Counted from the stretch's first letter, positions 12,658 to 26,928 are shown. The stretch: DNA of 64,000 bases from Octopus vulgaris (GCA_951406725.2 OX597827.1:71858001-71922000), one strand, 5' to 3'. Made by a program: numbers and translations. Notes: a model not told the origin generated them from the sequence alone.

Positions 12658-13219
12658 AGATAGTATTGGCAATGGAGGGGGTGTTGATAGTAGAAATAGT
12701 GGAAGCAGGACTGTTACCATCCAGTGGCATGGATGGTTGTTGTAGTGGTGTTGTTGTCAAGCGTTACTGATAGTGGCAGTGGTCAATGTGAAAGCACAGT
12801 ATGTATAAATATATAAATATATATATTTTATAATTTCTACTCTCTACTCTAGGCACAAAACCCGAAATTTTGAGGGAGAGGGCTAGTCGATTAGACGGAC
12901 CCCAGTCCGCAACCGGTATTTAATTTATCGACCTCGGCGGAATTTGAACTCAGAACGTAATACTCAGACGAAATACCGATTTCCTTACTACCCACAAGGG
13001 ACTAAACACAGAGAGGACAAACAAGGACAGACAGACGGGTTAAGTCGGTTATATCGACCCCAGTGCGTAATTGGTACTTATTTAATCGACCCCGAAAGGA
13101 TGAAAAGCAAAGTCGACCTCGGCGGAATTTGAACTCAGAACGTCGCAGCAGACGAAATACGGCTAAGCATTTCGTCCGGCGTGCTAACGTTTCTGCCAAC
13201 TCGTCGCCTTCTTTTTATT

Positions 13220-13289
<70 letters not shown>

Positions 13290-13480
13290 ATATTAATATG
13301 GCCAGTCTTATAGATATAAGGACTAAAGGACTGTCAAGCTGATTAAGTCGATTACATCGACACCAGTGCGAAACTGGTACTTTTATTTATCGACCCCGAA
13401 AGGATGAAAGGCAAAGTCGACCTCGGCGGAATTTGAACTCAGAACGTAACGACAGACGAAATACCGCTAAGCATTTCGCT

Positions 13481-13513
<33 letters not shown>

Positions 13514-13694
13514 ATGTAAGCATGCATGTATGTATGCATGTATGTATGTATGTATGTATGTATGTATGTATGTATGTATGTATGTATGTATGTATGTATG
13601 CATGTATGTATGTATGTATGTATGTATGTATGTATGTATGTATGCATGTATGTATGTATGTATGTATGTATGTATGTATGTATGTATGTATGTG

Positions 13695-13726
<32 letters not shown>

Positions 13727-13817
13727 TGTATGTATGTATGCATGTATGTATGTATGTATGTATGTATGTATGTATGTATGTATGTATGTATGTATGTACG
13801 CTGACAGTTATACAAAT

Positions 13818-13918
13818 CAGTGGTTCACAACCTTTTCATTACCTTTTATTCAAATGAGGTTTTTCCCCCACAGACCCCCCAGTAACTACCTTTGCGGGCC
13901 ACAGGTTGGGAACCACTG
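13818..13918. mobile_element. hAT (Charlie/MER5-like) MITE
   Basis: TIR cagtggttcacaacc / ggttgggaaccactg; 8-bp TSD atacaaat/aaacaaat (7 of 8 match). Confidence 0.75.
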
Positions 13919-13934
13919 AAACAAATACTAATAA

Positions 13935-14048
<114 letters not shown>

Positions 14049-14211
14049 GTGGTGGTGGTGGTGGTGCTGGTGCTGGTGCTGGTGGTAGTGGTGCTGGTGA
14101 TGGTGGCGGTAATGGTGGTGGTGGTGGTGGTGGTGATGGTCGCAGCAGTGATAGTAGTAATGATCACGGGTGCTGGTATTGCCAATGGTGGTGTTGGTGG
14201 TGTAGCGGTGC

Positions 14212-14265
<54 letters not shown>

Positions 14266-14734
14266 CAGTAGTAGTAGAGGTGATAGTAGTGGTGGTGGTG
14301 GTGATGTTTGCTGGGGGCGGTTCACGCTTGTTTACATTGATGTAGCCTTTTGCAGTAGTCCTGTGGTTAAGAAGCAAGCTTCTCCCCACAAAACCACATG
14401 GTTCCGGGTTCTGTCCCACCGAGGGACATCTTAAGGAGAGTGCTTTCTGCTATAGCGTCGCACCGACCAAAGCCTTGTGAGTGGACGCGGGAGACGGAAA
14501 CTGAAAGAAGCCCCTCATGTATATAATAGGCGCAGGCGTGGCTGTGTAGTTAAGTAGCTTGCTTCCCAAACACATGGTTCTGGGTTCAGTCCCACTGTGT
14601 GGAACCTGGGGCAAGTGCCTTCTACTATAGCCTTGAGCCGACTGAAACCTTGTGAGTGGATTTGGTAGAGGGAAACTGAAAGAAGCCCGTCGTATGTATG
14701 TATACACACACACACGCACATATGTGTATGTATG

Positions 14735-14768
<34 letters not shown>

Positions 14769-15481
14769 TAGATATATGCGTGTGTGTGTGTGTGTGTTCA
14801 TATATGCGTCTTCTTGTCTATGTTTGCTCCCCCCCACGACCTCTTACCCGGTGTTGGTGCATTTGTGTCCCCGTAACTTAGCGGTTCGGCAGAAGAGACC
14901 GACGGAATAAGTACCAGGCTTTAAAAAAAACAAACGTAGTACTGGGGGTCGATTCATTCATTCGTTCGACTAAAAAATTCTTCAAGGCGGTGCCCCAGCA
15001 TGGCCGCAGTCTAATGACAGAAACAAGCAAGATAGAACACAGCAGAGGTTGGCGCTGCTGGTGGTAGTGGTGGGCCGAACGCTCTAGCCCAGACCCCCAT
15101 TCCCAGGTCCATTAGATCTAGGAATCGAAGATATTCCAACCGTAGCCATCCAGTCGCATTAGAGGTATGTATAGGGCCAGCAGAGTCCAGTGTGTTCCAT
15201 CGTTTAAGATGCTTTTTTCATCGTTATTTCTCAGAAGGGCGAGCGACTGACTTACCTAGTGGACCCCTCGTCGGTCCCGTGGTGGGTCTATTGGTAGTGA
15301 TGTAGGGGGGGCGATAATATCATTAGGTGATGATGGTGTGTGTGTGTTCATATATGCGTCTTCTTGTCTATGTTTGCTCCCCCCACCACCTCTTACCCGG
15401 TGTTGGTGCGTTTGTGTCCCCGTAACTTAGCGGTTCGGCAGAAGAGACCGATAGAATAAGTACCAGGCTTTAAAAATACGT

Positions 15482-15515
<34 letters not shown>

Positions 15516-15669
15516 GGTGGTGGTGGTGGTTCTAGCGGCGGTGGTGTTGGTGGTGATGGTGGTTGTCACAATGATGATGGTCATGATGATGGTGGTCATG
15601 ATGATGATGGTGGTGGTGGTCGTGGTGGTCGTGATCGTCGTCGTCGTCGTTGTCATGGTGGTAGTGGAC

Positions 15670-15700
<31 letters not shown>

Positions 15701-16053
15701 AGATGATGATGATAATGGTGGTGATGATGGTAATAATGATAGCTTTGTTGTGCTCTTAAACCATCACACAGTAGAACAAACCTATGATCATAAGCGTTCC
15801 ACCTATGGCCATCATGTAATATTTCTTTTTCTTCAAACCTAACAACATAGTGTATATAGGACTACACTACTCCAACAAAACTACATGAAGTGTGATTTGG
15901 GAGGGATTTGGCTGCTATTTCTAACAGCTTGTAAAATTACTACAAATGTTGTTGGTGGTTTTAACCCCTTTATAAATCAGACTAACAATCAAATTATCAA
16001 ACACGCTCCATCCGTGTCCATCACACCTATCTATCTGTCTGTCTGTCTGTCTG

Positions 16054-16096
<43 letters not shown>

Positions 16097-16161
16097 ATCT
16101 ATCTATCTATCTGTCCGTCTGTCTGTCTATCTGTCTGTCTGTCTATCTATCAATCTGTCTA

Positions 16162-16252
<91 letters not shown>

Positions 16253-16285
16253 GTCTGTCTGTCTATCTATCTGTATGTTTGTCTG

Positions 16286-16319
<34 letters not shown>

Positions 16320-16369
16320 AATCTGTCTCTCTATCTGTCTGTCTGTCTGTCTATCTGTATGTTTGTCTG

Positions 16370-16400
<31 letters not shown>

Positions 16401-16422
16401 GTCTGTCTGTCTGTCTATCTAT

Positions 16423-16460
<38 letters not shown>

Positions 16461-16853
16461 GCCTGTCTGTCAATGTCTTTCTGTCTCTCTGTCTGTCTGT
16501 CTATCTATCTATCAGTCTATCTGTCTATATATCTATCAATCTATCTATCTACCTATCTATCCATCTAGCTAGCTAGCTATTTTTGCAGACGTGTCTCTTC
16601 TATTATATTCTAAAATGTCCTTCCTTTTAAGACAGCAAAGTGCATGATTCGAGAGAGAGACATAACAACTACTCCTGGCATAGCTTGCAGCAATAGGTGC
16701 TCGGAGGCAGAGGTGGTGTGAGAACTCTGGTATCGTTTTGTGTTCGCTGATGGAATCGTTGTTTAGTATGGACGACAATCGCGTTAATTCTTCTGAACCG
16801 TCGTTTCTTTTCTACCCTAATGGCTACTTACTTCGCTAGTAGTAGTAAGTAGT

Positions 16854-16923
<70 letters not shown>

Positions 16924-16963
16924 GGTGGTGGTGGTGGTGGTGGTGGTGGTGGTAGTAGTAGTG

Positions 16964-17027
<64 letters not shown>

Positions 17028-17172
17028 CAGCAGCAGTTATTGTTGTTGTTGATGTTTTTGTTGTAATTGTACCAGTTGCAGCAGCAGCAGCAACAGCGGC
17101 AGAAGAAGAAGAAGAAGAAGAAGAAGAAGAAGAAGAAGAAGAAGAAGATGATGAAGAAGAAGAAGAAGGAAG

Positions 17173-17204
<32 letters not shown>

Positions 17205-17622
17205 TAGGAAGAGGAGAAGAGGAAGAAAAAGAGAAAGAAAAAGGAGAAGAAGAAGAAGAAGAAGAAGAAGAAGAAGAAGAAGAAGAAGAAGAAGAAGAAG
17301 AAGAAGAAGAAGAAGAAGAAGAAGAAGAAGAAGAAGGAGGAGGAGGAGGAGAAGAAGAAGAAGAAGAAGAAGAGATGTAGGAGGATGGCCGAAATCGGCT
17401 TGTTGGTATGACCTACAATTTTAAAGGATTCTCCTCTCACCCCGCCTCACCTCGGCCCTGAGAGAGACCTGGGTGTACGTGTGGGGGAGGGGGTTTTGAT
17501 GACATCGCCACCCCACCCCCCCACACACACGAAACTCTATTCGATCCCCCCCTCGCCATCTTGTTTACAAATCGTTCAAGTTCTTGTATTGTGTTTTGTT
17601 ACTCGTTAAGTACATCAAGTAC

Positions 17623-17660
<38 letters not shown>

Positions 17661-17817
17661 TACATACATATAAATAAGTGTGTGTGTGCGTTTGTCTGTG
17701 TATATACACCTATAGGTATATATATATACGTGTGTGTAGACGTATATATATATATACATATATATACACACATATATATATACATACATATACATTCATA
17801 GATACAAACATATACAT

Positions 17818-17881
<64 letters not shown>

Positions 17882-17943
17882 ATATGTATATATACATATA
17901 TATATATATACATACATATATATATACATATATATATATATCA

Positions 17944-17990
<47 letters not shown>

Positions 17991-18076
17991 GTGTGTGTAC
18001 ATAGTTATAAACATATTTACATGTGTATCTTGTTGTAAGCTTCAACGCACGAGTTCACATCAATAATCTTGCAAGC

Positions 18077-18181
<105 letters not shown>

Positions 18182-18714
18182 ACAGCGTAAAATACTGGAG
18201 ATATATCAACTAAATACACATAAATCCTACATCAAAGGACAGTAGGTCACTTATCCGGCAGAAACACGTGTCGGATTGGAATTTAATGGAAATATTACCG
18301 TAATAAATAATTTTTGAAGATGTACAAGTATAATTCTCCATTCTTCTTTATGGTGTATACATACATACATGCATACGTATACACACACACACACACACAC
18401 ACATATACATATACGCATACATATATAAATGTATGTATGCATGAATCTATGTATGTATGTACATGCTTATACACACACATCTGTACATGCATATATTTAT
18501 TTTGCACTGATTATCAAAATGATTAATGAACAGTTTTAAATGGGAGCTGTGATTCATCTACAGTTGAGATTTGACCAATTGAAATGGGACACAGGTTTCA
18601 CATTTGCCTTGGGCATATTGCCAATAGAAATAGAGCTTAGATTTCACATTTGACCTTAACCTTTCACCAGATTTGAACGCCTGCCTTCGGATAATTATCA
18701 ACTGAAATAGGGAA

Positions 18715-19424
18715 GGGGTTAAATTTCATATCTCACGCTTATGACCAGTTGGGGTTAAATTTCATATCTCACACTTATGACCAGTTGAATATTTCACGCT
18801 TATCATCAGTTGAGGTTAAATTTCATATCTCACGCTTATGACCAGTTGGGGTTACATTTCATATATCACGCTTATCATCAGTTGGGGTTAAATTTCATAT
18901 CTCACGCTTATGACCAGTTGGGGTTAAATTTCATATCTCACGCTTATGACCAGTTGGGGTTAAATTTCATATATCACGCTTATCATCAGTTGGGGTTAAA
19001 TTTCATATCTCACGCTTATGACCAGTTGGGGTTAAATTTCATATCTCACACTTATGACCAGTTGAGGTTAAATTTCATATTTCACGCTTATGATCAGTTG
19101 AGGTTAAATTTCATATGTCACGCTTATGACCAGTTGGGGTTACATTTCATATATCACGCTTATCATCAGTTGGGGTTAAATTTCATATCTCACGCTTATG
19201 ACCAGTTGGGGTTAAATTTCATATCTCACGCTTATGACCAGTTGGGGTTAAATTTCATATATCACGCTTATCATCAGTTGGGGTTAAATTTCATATCTCA
19301 CGCTTATGACCAGTTGGGGTTAAATTTCATATCTCACGCTTATGACCAGTTGGGGTTAAATTTCATATATCACGCTTATCATCAGTTGGGGTTAAATTTC
19401 ATATCTCACGCTTATTACCAGTTG
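18715..19424. repeat. 36-bp minisatellite, ~19-20 copies
   Basis: Unit ggggttaaatttcatatctcacgcttatgaccagtt, no spacers. Confidence 0.95.
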
Positions 19425-19469
19425 AAGTGGTACTTACATTTCCCATTTGGCAGTGATGGAGGATAGCAA

Positions 19470-20245
19470 AGATTTCGCGTAAGTTGTGAGTTTATTACCA
19501 ACTGAAATTGGGGAATTGGGTTGCATTTCATATTAATAGTTGAAATGCTGCTTATATTTCACATCTGGCGATAAACCTGTTAACAAGTGAAATAGAACGA
19601 AGCATAGATTTCACGCAAGTTTGGGGTTTATTACCAACCGCAATTGGGAAACTGGGCTACGTTTCATAGCACCAGTTGAAATGGAGCTTACATTTCACAT
19701 TTGGCTAAAAAGTGCTTTTTAATAATAGTGATGGATCATAAAGATTCCACGTAAGTTTTGGGTTTATTACCAACTGAAATTGGGGTACTGGGCTACGTTT
19801 CACATTACCATTTGAAATTGCGCTTATATTTCACATCTGACTAAAAAAAAAAACTCACAACTGAAATAGAGTGAAGCACAGATTTCATGCAAGTTGTGGG
19901 TGTATTACCAAGTGAAATTGGACAACTGGTCTATATTTCACATTACCAGTTGAAATGGCGCTTATATTTCACATCTGACAAAAAAAAACTCACAATTGAA
20001 ATAGAATGAAGCACAGATTTCACACAAGTTGTGGGTCTATTACCAAGTGAAATTGGGCAACTGGTCTATATTTCACATTACCAGTTGAAATGGCGCTTAT
20101 ATTTCACATCTGACAAAAAAAGCCTCACAATTGAAATAGAGTGAAGCACAGATTTCACACAAGTTGTGGGTCTATTACCAAGTGAAATTGAGCAACTGGT
20201 CTATATTTCACATTACCAGTTGAAATGGCGCTATGTTTCACATCT
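19470..20245. repeat. Degenerate ~136-bp tandem repeat (5-6 copies)
   Basis: gatttcac.caagtt recurs at ~19471, 19607, 19743, 19881, 20017 and 20151. Confidence 0.8.
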
Positions 20246-21229
20246 CGCTTTAGGTCAATTACCATTTGAACTAGGTATAAATTTTATATTCGGCATGGTT
20301 CTCTCACTAACTTTAAACAGACCTGACTAATATTAACGTGTATTCAAGGTGTCCATTCAGACGGTATAGGCGTAAGTACTGCTGGCTCGTAGAAAGTTGT
20401 ATGTAGTTTAAGCAATACTAATACAAATAGTTGTTGTTGTTGGTGTTAATGTTTAATCCCAGATTAGCCTGATCATGCTTGTCTGTGGATCAAGAGTAAT
20501 CCAGTTATGCTCATTTCGACTTTATTTCCGGTATAGTGTATCTTGGACAACATAATGCAATGTATCAGTTTACCAGACATTGGGCGATAGAGTGGGGTAA
20601 TGAAATGCATTCCAACCGTGACCGTCCAAACCGGGGCATAATCTGCTCTGTCCTTTTCATGCAATGATAGTGTGTGTGTGTGTGTGTGTTATTTGAGGGA
20701 GAGTTGACTGCTGTTTCTTGCAAACCAAGCAGCCACGTTGAATCGACCTCATTACAAATGCTTCTTGTTGCTATCGTTGTTGTTGTTGTTGTTAATGGTA
20801 GTGGTAATGGTGGTGATGGTGGGTGGTGGTGGTGGTGGTGGTGGTGGTAAGCTCCTGGTCAACCAGATCGAGCAGACCTATGATTAAAAGGCTTTCCAAC
20901 CGTGGCCATCCCATTTTGTAATTTGTATTTTCAGACATAATGTATCTCGAAGTACATTATATAACCTATCACCCCACCTCCTTTCCCTGTTCTATTTTTA
21001 CTTCTAAGACGAAAGATTGAGATAAGATTTGAGGAAGATTTCGGCTGCTATTTCTAACAAAACAAGTCGCAAACCAATCATGTGGTGGAGGGATGGCATG
21101 AATGAAGGGTGAGTTGGTAGTAGTAGCGGTTACAGTAGCAGTGGTGTATTGTAATAGCATAGGTCTTAGCTCTGCTGGTAATGGTGCCAGTGCAATAGGT
21201 AGCATGGTTGTCCGTTTGTAGTGGTGGCG

Positions 21230-21288
<59 letters not shown>

Positions 21289-21360
21289 TATACCGTGTAA
21301 TAACAAAGGTGGCAGTGGTGGTGGATAGCTTGCGTACATGTCAACGATAAAAAGTGCTAA

Positions 21361-21434
<74 letters not shown>

Positions 21435-21691
21435 ATCGTGGTGGTGGTGGTGGTGGTGGTGTGGTGGTGGTGGTGGTGGTGGTGGTGTTGGTGGTTGTAG
21501 TCGTGGTGGTGTTGACTTTGGTGATAATGATGATGGTGGTGGTGATTGTAGTGGCAGTAGTAGTAAGTGCAGTGGTGGTAGTGGTGGTGGCGGCGGCGGG
21601 GGCGGTTGTGGTTGTAGTGGTGACTTTGATGATAGTGATGATGATGGTGGTGGTGATTGTAGTGGCAGTAGTAGTGGTGGTGGTGGTGGTG

Positions 21692-21722
<31 letters not shown>

Positions 21723-22073
21723 CAGCAGCAGCAGCATGGTGGTGGTTGTGGTAGGACACTAGTAGTGTTTATTTGTTGTAAATGGTTATAAGCTCTGGTG
21801 GTATTAATGGTCATCGTTGTTGTTGCTGCTGTTGCTGTTGTTGCTGCTGTTGCTGTTGTTGTTGTTGTTGTTATAGTTATTGTGTAACCCCAAGTTAACC
21901 AGATCGAGCTTTTTTATATATGACCCAGCTGTGATCACCCCGACTTTATTTCCTGTATGGTGTACCTTGGACAACAACGCTGCAATGTGCCCGTGTGTAA
22001 GACAGCGGTACTAGTGACGCGTGAGAGAGCGCGGGTACCTTGGTACGACTACCATTAATAAAAGGAGGTGGTT

Positions 22074-22127
<54 letters not shown>

Positions 22128-22470
22128 ATGGTGGTGGTGGTGGTGGTGATGGTGGTGGTAAATGGTGTAAGCTCTAGTCAACGAACATTGGTGTGACTAG
22201 AGCCTCGGGTACCAACGTTTGCAGTTGTAGCTGCTGTTGTTGTTAAAAACAAAACAACAACAACAACAACAACAACGAATCCAGGTATTCCAGCGATGAC
22301 CATCCCGCCTTGCTTATTACCTTTGGACAACTCTCAAGAGCAATGCGTCTCTCTTCAGGAAAAGAAAAGATAAGGGGAAAAAAACGATTGGTACTGGGTG
22401 GTGATGCGGGTGGAGAAACATTTGGCATGCAAAAAACCATTAATAAAAGGAAGCGGCGACTGCAGTAATG

Positions 22471-22556
<86 letters not shown>

Positions 22557-22652
22557 TACTGTTTAAACGGCCCCACTCCCCCAGATCAATCCTGATTGAG
22601 CAGACATATGATCAGAAGCATTCCTGCCGTGACCCTCCTACCTTGTTAGGGT

Positions 22653-22710
<58 letters not shown>

Positions 22711-23250
22711 AGTGGTGGGTGTGGTGGTGGTGGTGGTGGTGGTTGTTGATGTTGGTGTTTTAGTCTTTGGATCAGCCGTGATTGGCGATAACCCTAAACA
22801 TGAAAGAACGCATCCGAGCCATCTTTAATTTCTGACATATAAAAAAAATAATACAATCTTAAATTACACTAATATCTGTCTCCTCTTTCCCGGAATATAA
22901 GCATCACCATCACCATCATCATCGTCATCACCACCACCACCAACACCACCACCACCGTCGTCATCATCATCATCATCATCACCATCACCATCACCACCAT
23001 CATCACCATCATCATCACCACCACCATCATCATCATCACCATCATCATCACCATCATCATCATCATCATCACCACCATCATCGTCATCACCATCACCATC
23101 ATCATCATCACCATCACCATCACCATCACCATCACCATCACCATCATCGTCACCATCATCATCACCATCATCATCATCATCATCATTATTATTGAGTGAG
23201 AGAGCAGTGCATGTCATCAAAGTGACACTGGGGTAAAATATACGAAGCCC

Positions 23251-23283
<33 letters not shown>

Positions 23284-23285
23284 TA

Positions 23286-23325
<40 letters not shown>

Positions 23326-24204
23326 CCACCATCATTATTATTGTTGTTTTAATGAGGCTCGGTCGGGTGAGGATGTTTGGAGGGGGGGGAGGCTCTCGTT
23401 TCGGTGCTACTTTCTTCCCTAAGCTAGACAAGACAGCTCGTGTGAACCGCGTAAAAGAAGGAGATTCACCATCGTATTTGGCTGGCATTAATGTCTGTCT
23501 GTGTGTTATTTATCGACGATATTCGGCGGCGCTAGAAACACCACCTCGGTCTACTTGTTGGTGCAAGAGACGAAGGCTATGGGAGAACGAAGTGGTATAG
23601 ACATTAGTAAGACGTTCAGCTGTAGTAGGAGTGGTAGTAGTGGCGGTGGTGGTAGTGGTGGTGGTGGTGGTGGTGGTGGTGGTGGTGGTAGTTGTATTGG
23701 CTTTCATAGTAGTTTTAGTATTGGTGTTGGTTGTTGTGTTAGTGGTAGTTGTGGTGGTGGTGGTAGTAGTGGTGGTGGTGCTGGTGGTGGTGACAGTGGT
23801 AGTATAGTGGCGTTGGTGTAGTGGCGATAGTAGCAGTCGTTGTTGTTGTTCTTGCTGGTGGTGGTGGTGGTGGTGGTGGTGGTGGTGGTAGTAGTAGTTG
23901 TAGTAGTAGTGGTGGTGGTGGTGGTGCTGGTGGTGGTGACAGTGGTAGTATAGTGGCGTTGGTGTAGTGGCGATAGTAGCAGTTGTTGTTGTTCTTGCTG
24001 TTGGTGGTGGTAGTAGTGGTGGTGGTGGTGGTGGTGGTGGTGGTGGTGGTGGTGGTGGTGGTGGTGTGGTGGTGGTGGTGGTGGTGGTGGTGGTATTGGT
24101 GGTGGTGATGGTGGTGGTGTTAGTAGCAGTACCGGTTGAGCTGGTATTTTGAGCTGATGGCTGTTATGGTGTGTCCTTGTTAATTGCTACTGATGTTATT
24201 ATTT

Positions 24205-24435
24205 AACCCCCAGGTCAGCCCTGAACCAGCGCTCCGGCCGTGACAGTCCTGACATTTTGTATATCAAGGACTACATTCTCCTACAATGCGTCCTTCACAT
24301 TTTTTTCTCTCTCTTTACTCTGTCCTTTCTTTTTTTCTTTGGAAGCAAGCGAGATACGGTTAAGGGAGTCAGGTGAGACTTTTAGGGAGATTTGGCTACT
24401 AATTTCAGCAGGTCAAGAGCTTCCACGTAGAGTAC
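24205..24435 (+). repeat. Ancient ~200-250 bp interspersed repeat (family F), about 15 diverged copies in the window
   Basis: Recurrent ccccaggtcagccctga..gagcaga..tatgatcaaagg.attccagccgtgacc...ggactacatt...gagatttggctgctatttctagcaggtc near 7900, 9095, 12255, 15085, 15770, 20455, 20850, 21885, 22580 and 33290 (+), and 38140, 51860 and 60070 (-). Confidence 0.65.
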
Positions 24436-25484
24436 TATAGAACAGTGTACACTAACGCATTGTGGTGCTATGTAGCATAGCACTGCACTATATTGTGTTG
24501 TAGTATACATAGCACTATTTGCATCGTGTTGTATAGAGCTGTACTGTACACTGTATCATGTGTCACATAGTGTGGTCTTAAATAATGTGTTTGTACAGTG
24601 ATGTCTTATATACAGTTTCTTGTGGAGTGTTGTACAGTATCGTGTTTGTTGTATAATGTATAATGTGTTGTGTTGTGTTGTGTAACGTTGTGTTGTCTTA
24701 TGTGGCACTGTGCTGTGGTATCTTGTGTTGTCTCGTGTTGTCTTGTGTGATATCGTGTTGTATCGTGTTCCTATGTGGTACAGAATTCTGTCGTACAGTG
24801 GTATGTTATATAGCACTGTTTGATACTGTGTTGTGTTGCACAGTGCCTTGTTGTATAGTAATGTGAGCGATGGTGTTGCAACTGTTGTGTTGCAACTGTT
24901 GTGTAGCATCGTGTTCTGCTGTAAAGTGCTATAGAGTTCTATAGTGGTGCGTTGTATCATGTGTTTTGTTGTATAATGGTGTGTGGTGTTGTGTTCTGTA
25001 ACGGTGTGTTGTACACTACGATGTTGTGTCGGGTTGTGTGGTATACTAATGCCTGGTGTCGTGGCGTTGTGATGTTCTGCAGTGGTGTGTGTGTTTGCAC
25101 TATGTTGTTTTGCTATCGTCTTGTCTTGTACACTGCCGTGGTGTTTACTACTGTGCTGTGGCAAAAGGATGCTGTCTTATGCTATATTTATATAATGTCT
25201 ATGTGTGTATGTATGTATATGTGTATATGTATATGTGCGTATACACCCACACATAGACACACACATGTGTATATGTGCTATGCCTGTGCAAGATGTGTAT
25301 GTATGTATGTAGCTATCTATATATGTGTGTGTGTGGGTGTATATATACACACATAGACATATATGTATATGTGCAATGCTTGTGCAAGGTGTGTATATAT
25401 GTATCTATATATATCTGTGGGGGGTATATATGTATATGTTTGCATACATACGTATTTATATGTATGTATATATACATACATATG

Positions 25485-25556
<72 letters not shown>

Positions 25557-25993
25557 TGTATATATATATATATATATAAACGTACATACATGCATAATAC
25601 CCATATACATACACACCATACATATATGCATACATATATATATATATGCACAAATATATACACACATGCACACACTCAAAGGTACATACAAATGTACACA
25701 TATAGACACACACACACACAACATACACCTTCATGCATACATAGACGCACACAAGTACACACACATATATATGCACAGATACATACATACATACATACAT
25801 AATACACACATACGTGTATACATACATACATATATGCACAGATACATATATACATACATACGTGTATACATACATACATGGTCACGGTTTCAGCAATACA
25901 GCCACATAGACAACCGTACAAGAATTCGTGTAGCCATAGCCGCATATATACACATATATATATATAATGTTTTGTTATCTCAACAAGACTTAC

Positions 25994-26120
25994 CTATAGA
26001 TATGTGTTTCTGTGATCCTTTGCCTGTATGAAGCAGTCCATTACTTAGCGTAGCACATAGACAGAGGAATAAGAAAAAACAGATCGGTACTCCATAGGAC
26101 AGCTGCATGTTTCTCGTCAT
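25994..26120 (-). CDS. First coding exon with signal peptide (MTRNMQLSYGVPICFFLFLCLCATLSNG-LLHTGKGSQKHISI-G); secreted or type-I membrane protein, possibly an AMPA/kainate-type glutamate receptor
   Basis: ATG at 26120; 42 codons plus 1 nt; hydrophobic h-region and small-residue cleavage site; perfect AG|GTAAGT donor at 25993 (phase 1) in unique sequence. The ISI-G|phase-1 end resembles the IxIG|GxF start of iGluR N-terminal domains. No second exon recognised in the window. Confidence 0.65.
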
Positions 26121-26783
26121 TTCGTCCGCAAAGATAATCCTTCAGTCATTCATGTATTTATATATACATATATATTCATATATATATTCATATATTCATA
26201 TATATATTTATGTATTCATCCACGCATTCGTTCGTACGTTCGTTCGTTCGTCTTGTCCCCTTTAAGGTTCACAAACATACACAAACACAGGGAGAGAGAG
26301 AGAGAGAGAGAAAGAGCGAGAGAGAGAAAGGAGAGGGAGTAGGAAAAAAAAAATAACAACTAGTTCACTTGTATATCTGTGTGTTTCGGATTCCTTTAGA
26401 TAAGGGAAATCGTCTTTATTGTATTCTATCGGTGCGTTTTCCCTCAGTGGTTTGTGTCATTTTTCATAGGGTTTATGCCTATTAACTTGTTGTTTGTTGT
26501 AAGGGAGATCTATATGTATATATATATATATATATGTGTGTGTTCGTTCTTTTACAGGGATGGTTTCATTCCCTGGAGGTGGTAGCGGTTACGTTGCTTC
26601 TTCTTCTACCGTTTTCCTTCGTAGTCGTAGTCGTCGTCGTCGTGGTCTCCGTCGAGGTTTGTTTCCAAAATGCTTTGTCAAAATATAAATATTATATATA
26701 CTAAATACCAGCTCGTTTGTTTCCACAGTACATTCATGATATCCATTATTATTTTTTTTTTCTCTCTCTAAGACTTAAAGGGT

Positions 26784-26804
26784 TATATATCAGTGACGTC
26801 ACTG
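26784..26804 (-). promoter_or_regulatory. Candidate promoter: perfect palindromic CRE (CAGTGACGTCACTG) directly upstream of TATATAA
   Basis: Minus strand reads ccagtgacgtcactgatatataaccc. It lies ~660 bp upstream of the signal-peptide ATG, in the same orientation, in a non-repetitive island. Confidence 0.45.
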
Positions 26805-26896
26805 GCTCGGTAAGGGGTCCACATGTTGTATAGCACAATCTTTTCTATCTTAGTGTCTGGTTCTGATGCTTCACCTACTGCTGCTGCTGCTGGTAT

Positions 26897-26928
<32 letters not shown>

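Noticed and set aside
18715-19424. 36-bp repeat array resembling a CRISPR repeat length
   Set aside because: Units are contiguous with no unique spacers, there are no cas genes, and the context is eukaryotic.
24440-25190. 202-aa ORF rich in T/H/Q/Y
   Set aside because: Degenerate TG-rich pentamer satellite.
26470-26688. Plus-strand acceptor-like sites and a 42-aa Arg-rich small ORF (MVSFPGGG...RSRSRRRRG)
   Set aside because: The Arg run comes from a (CGT)n microsatellite; the region is better explained as the 5'UTR of the minus-strand gene.
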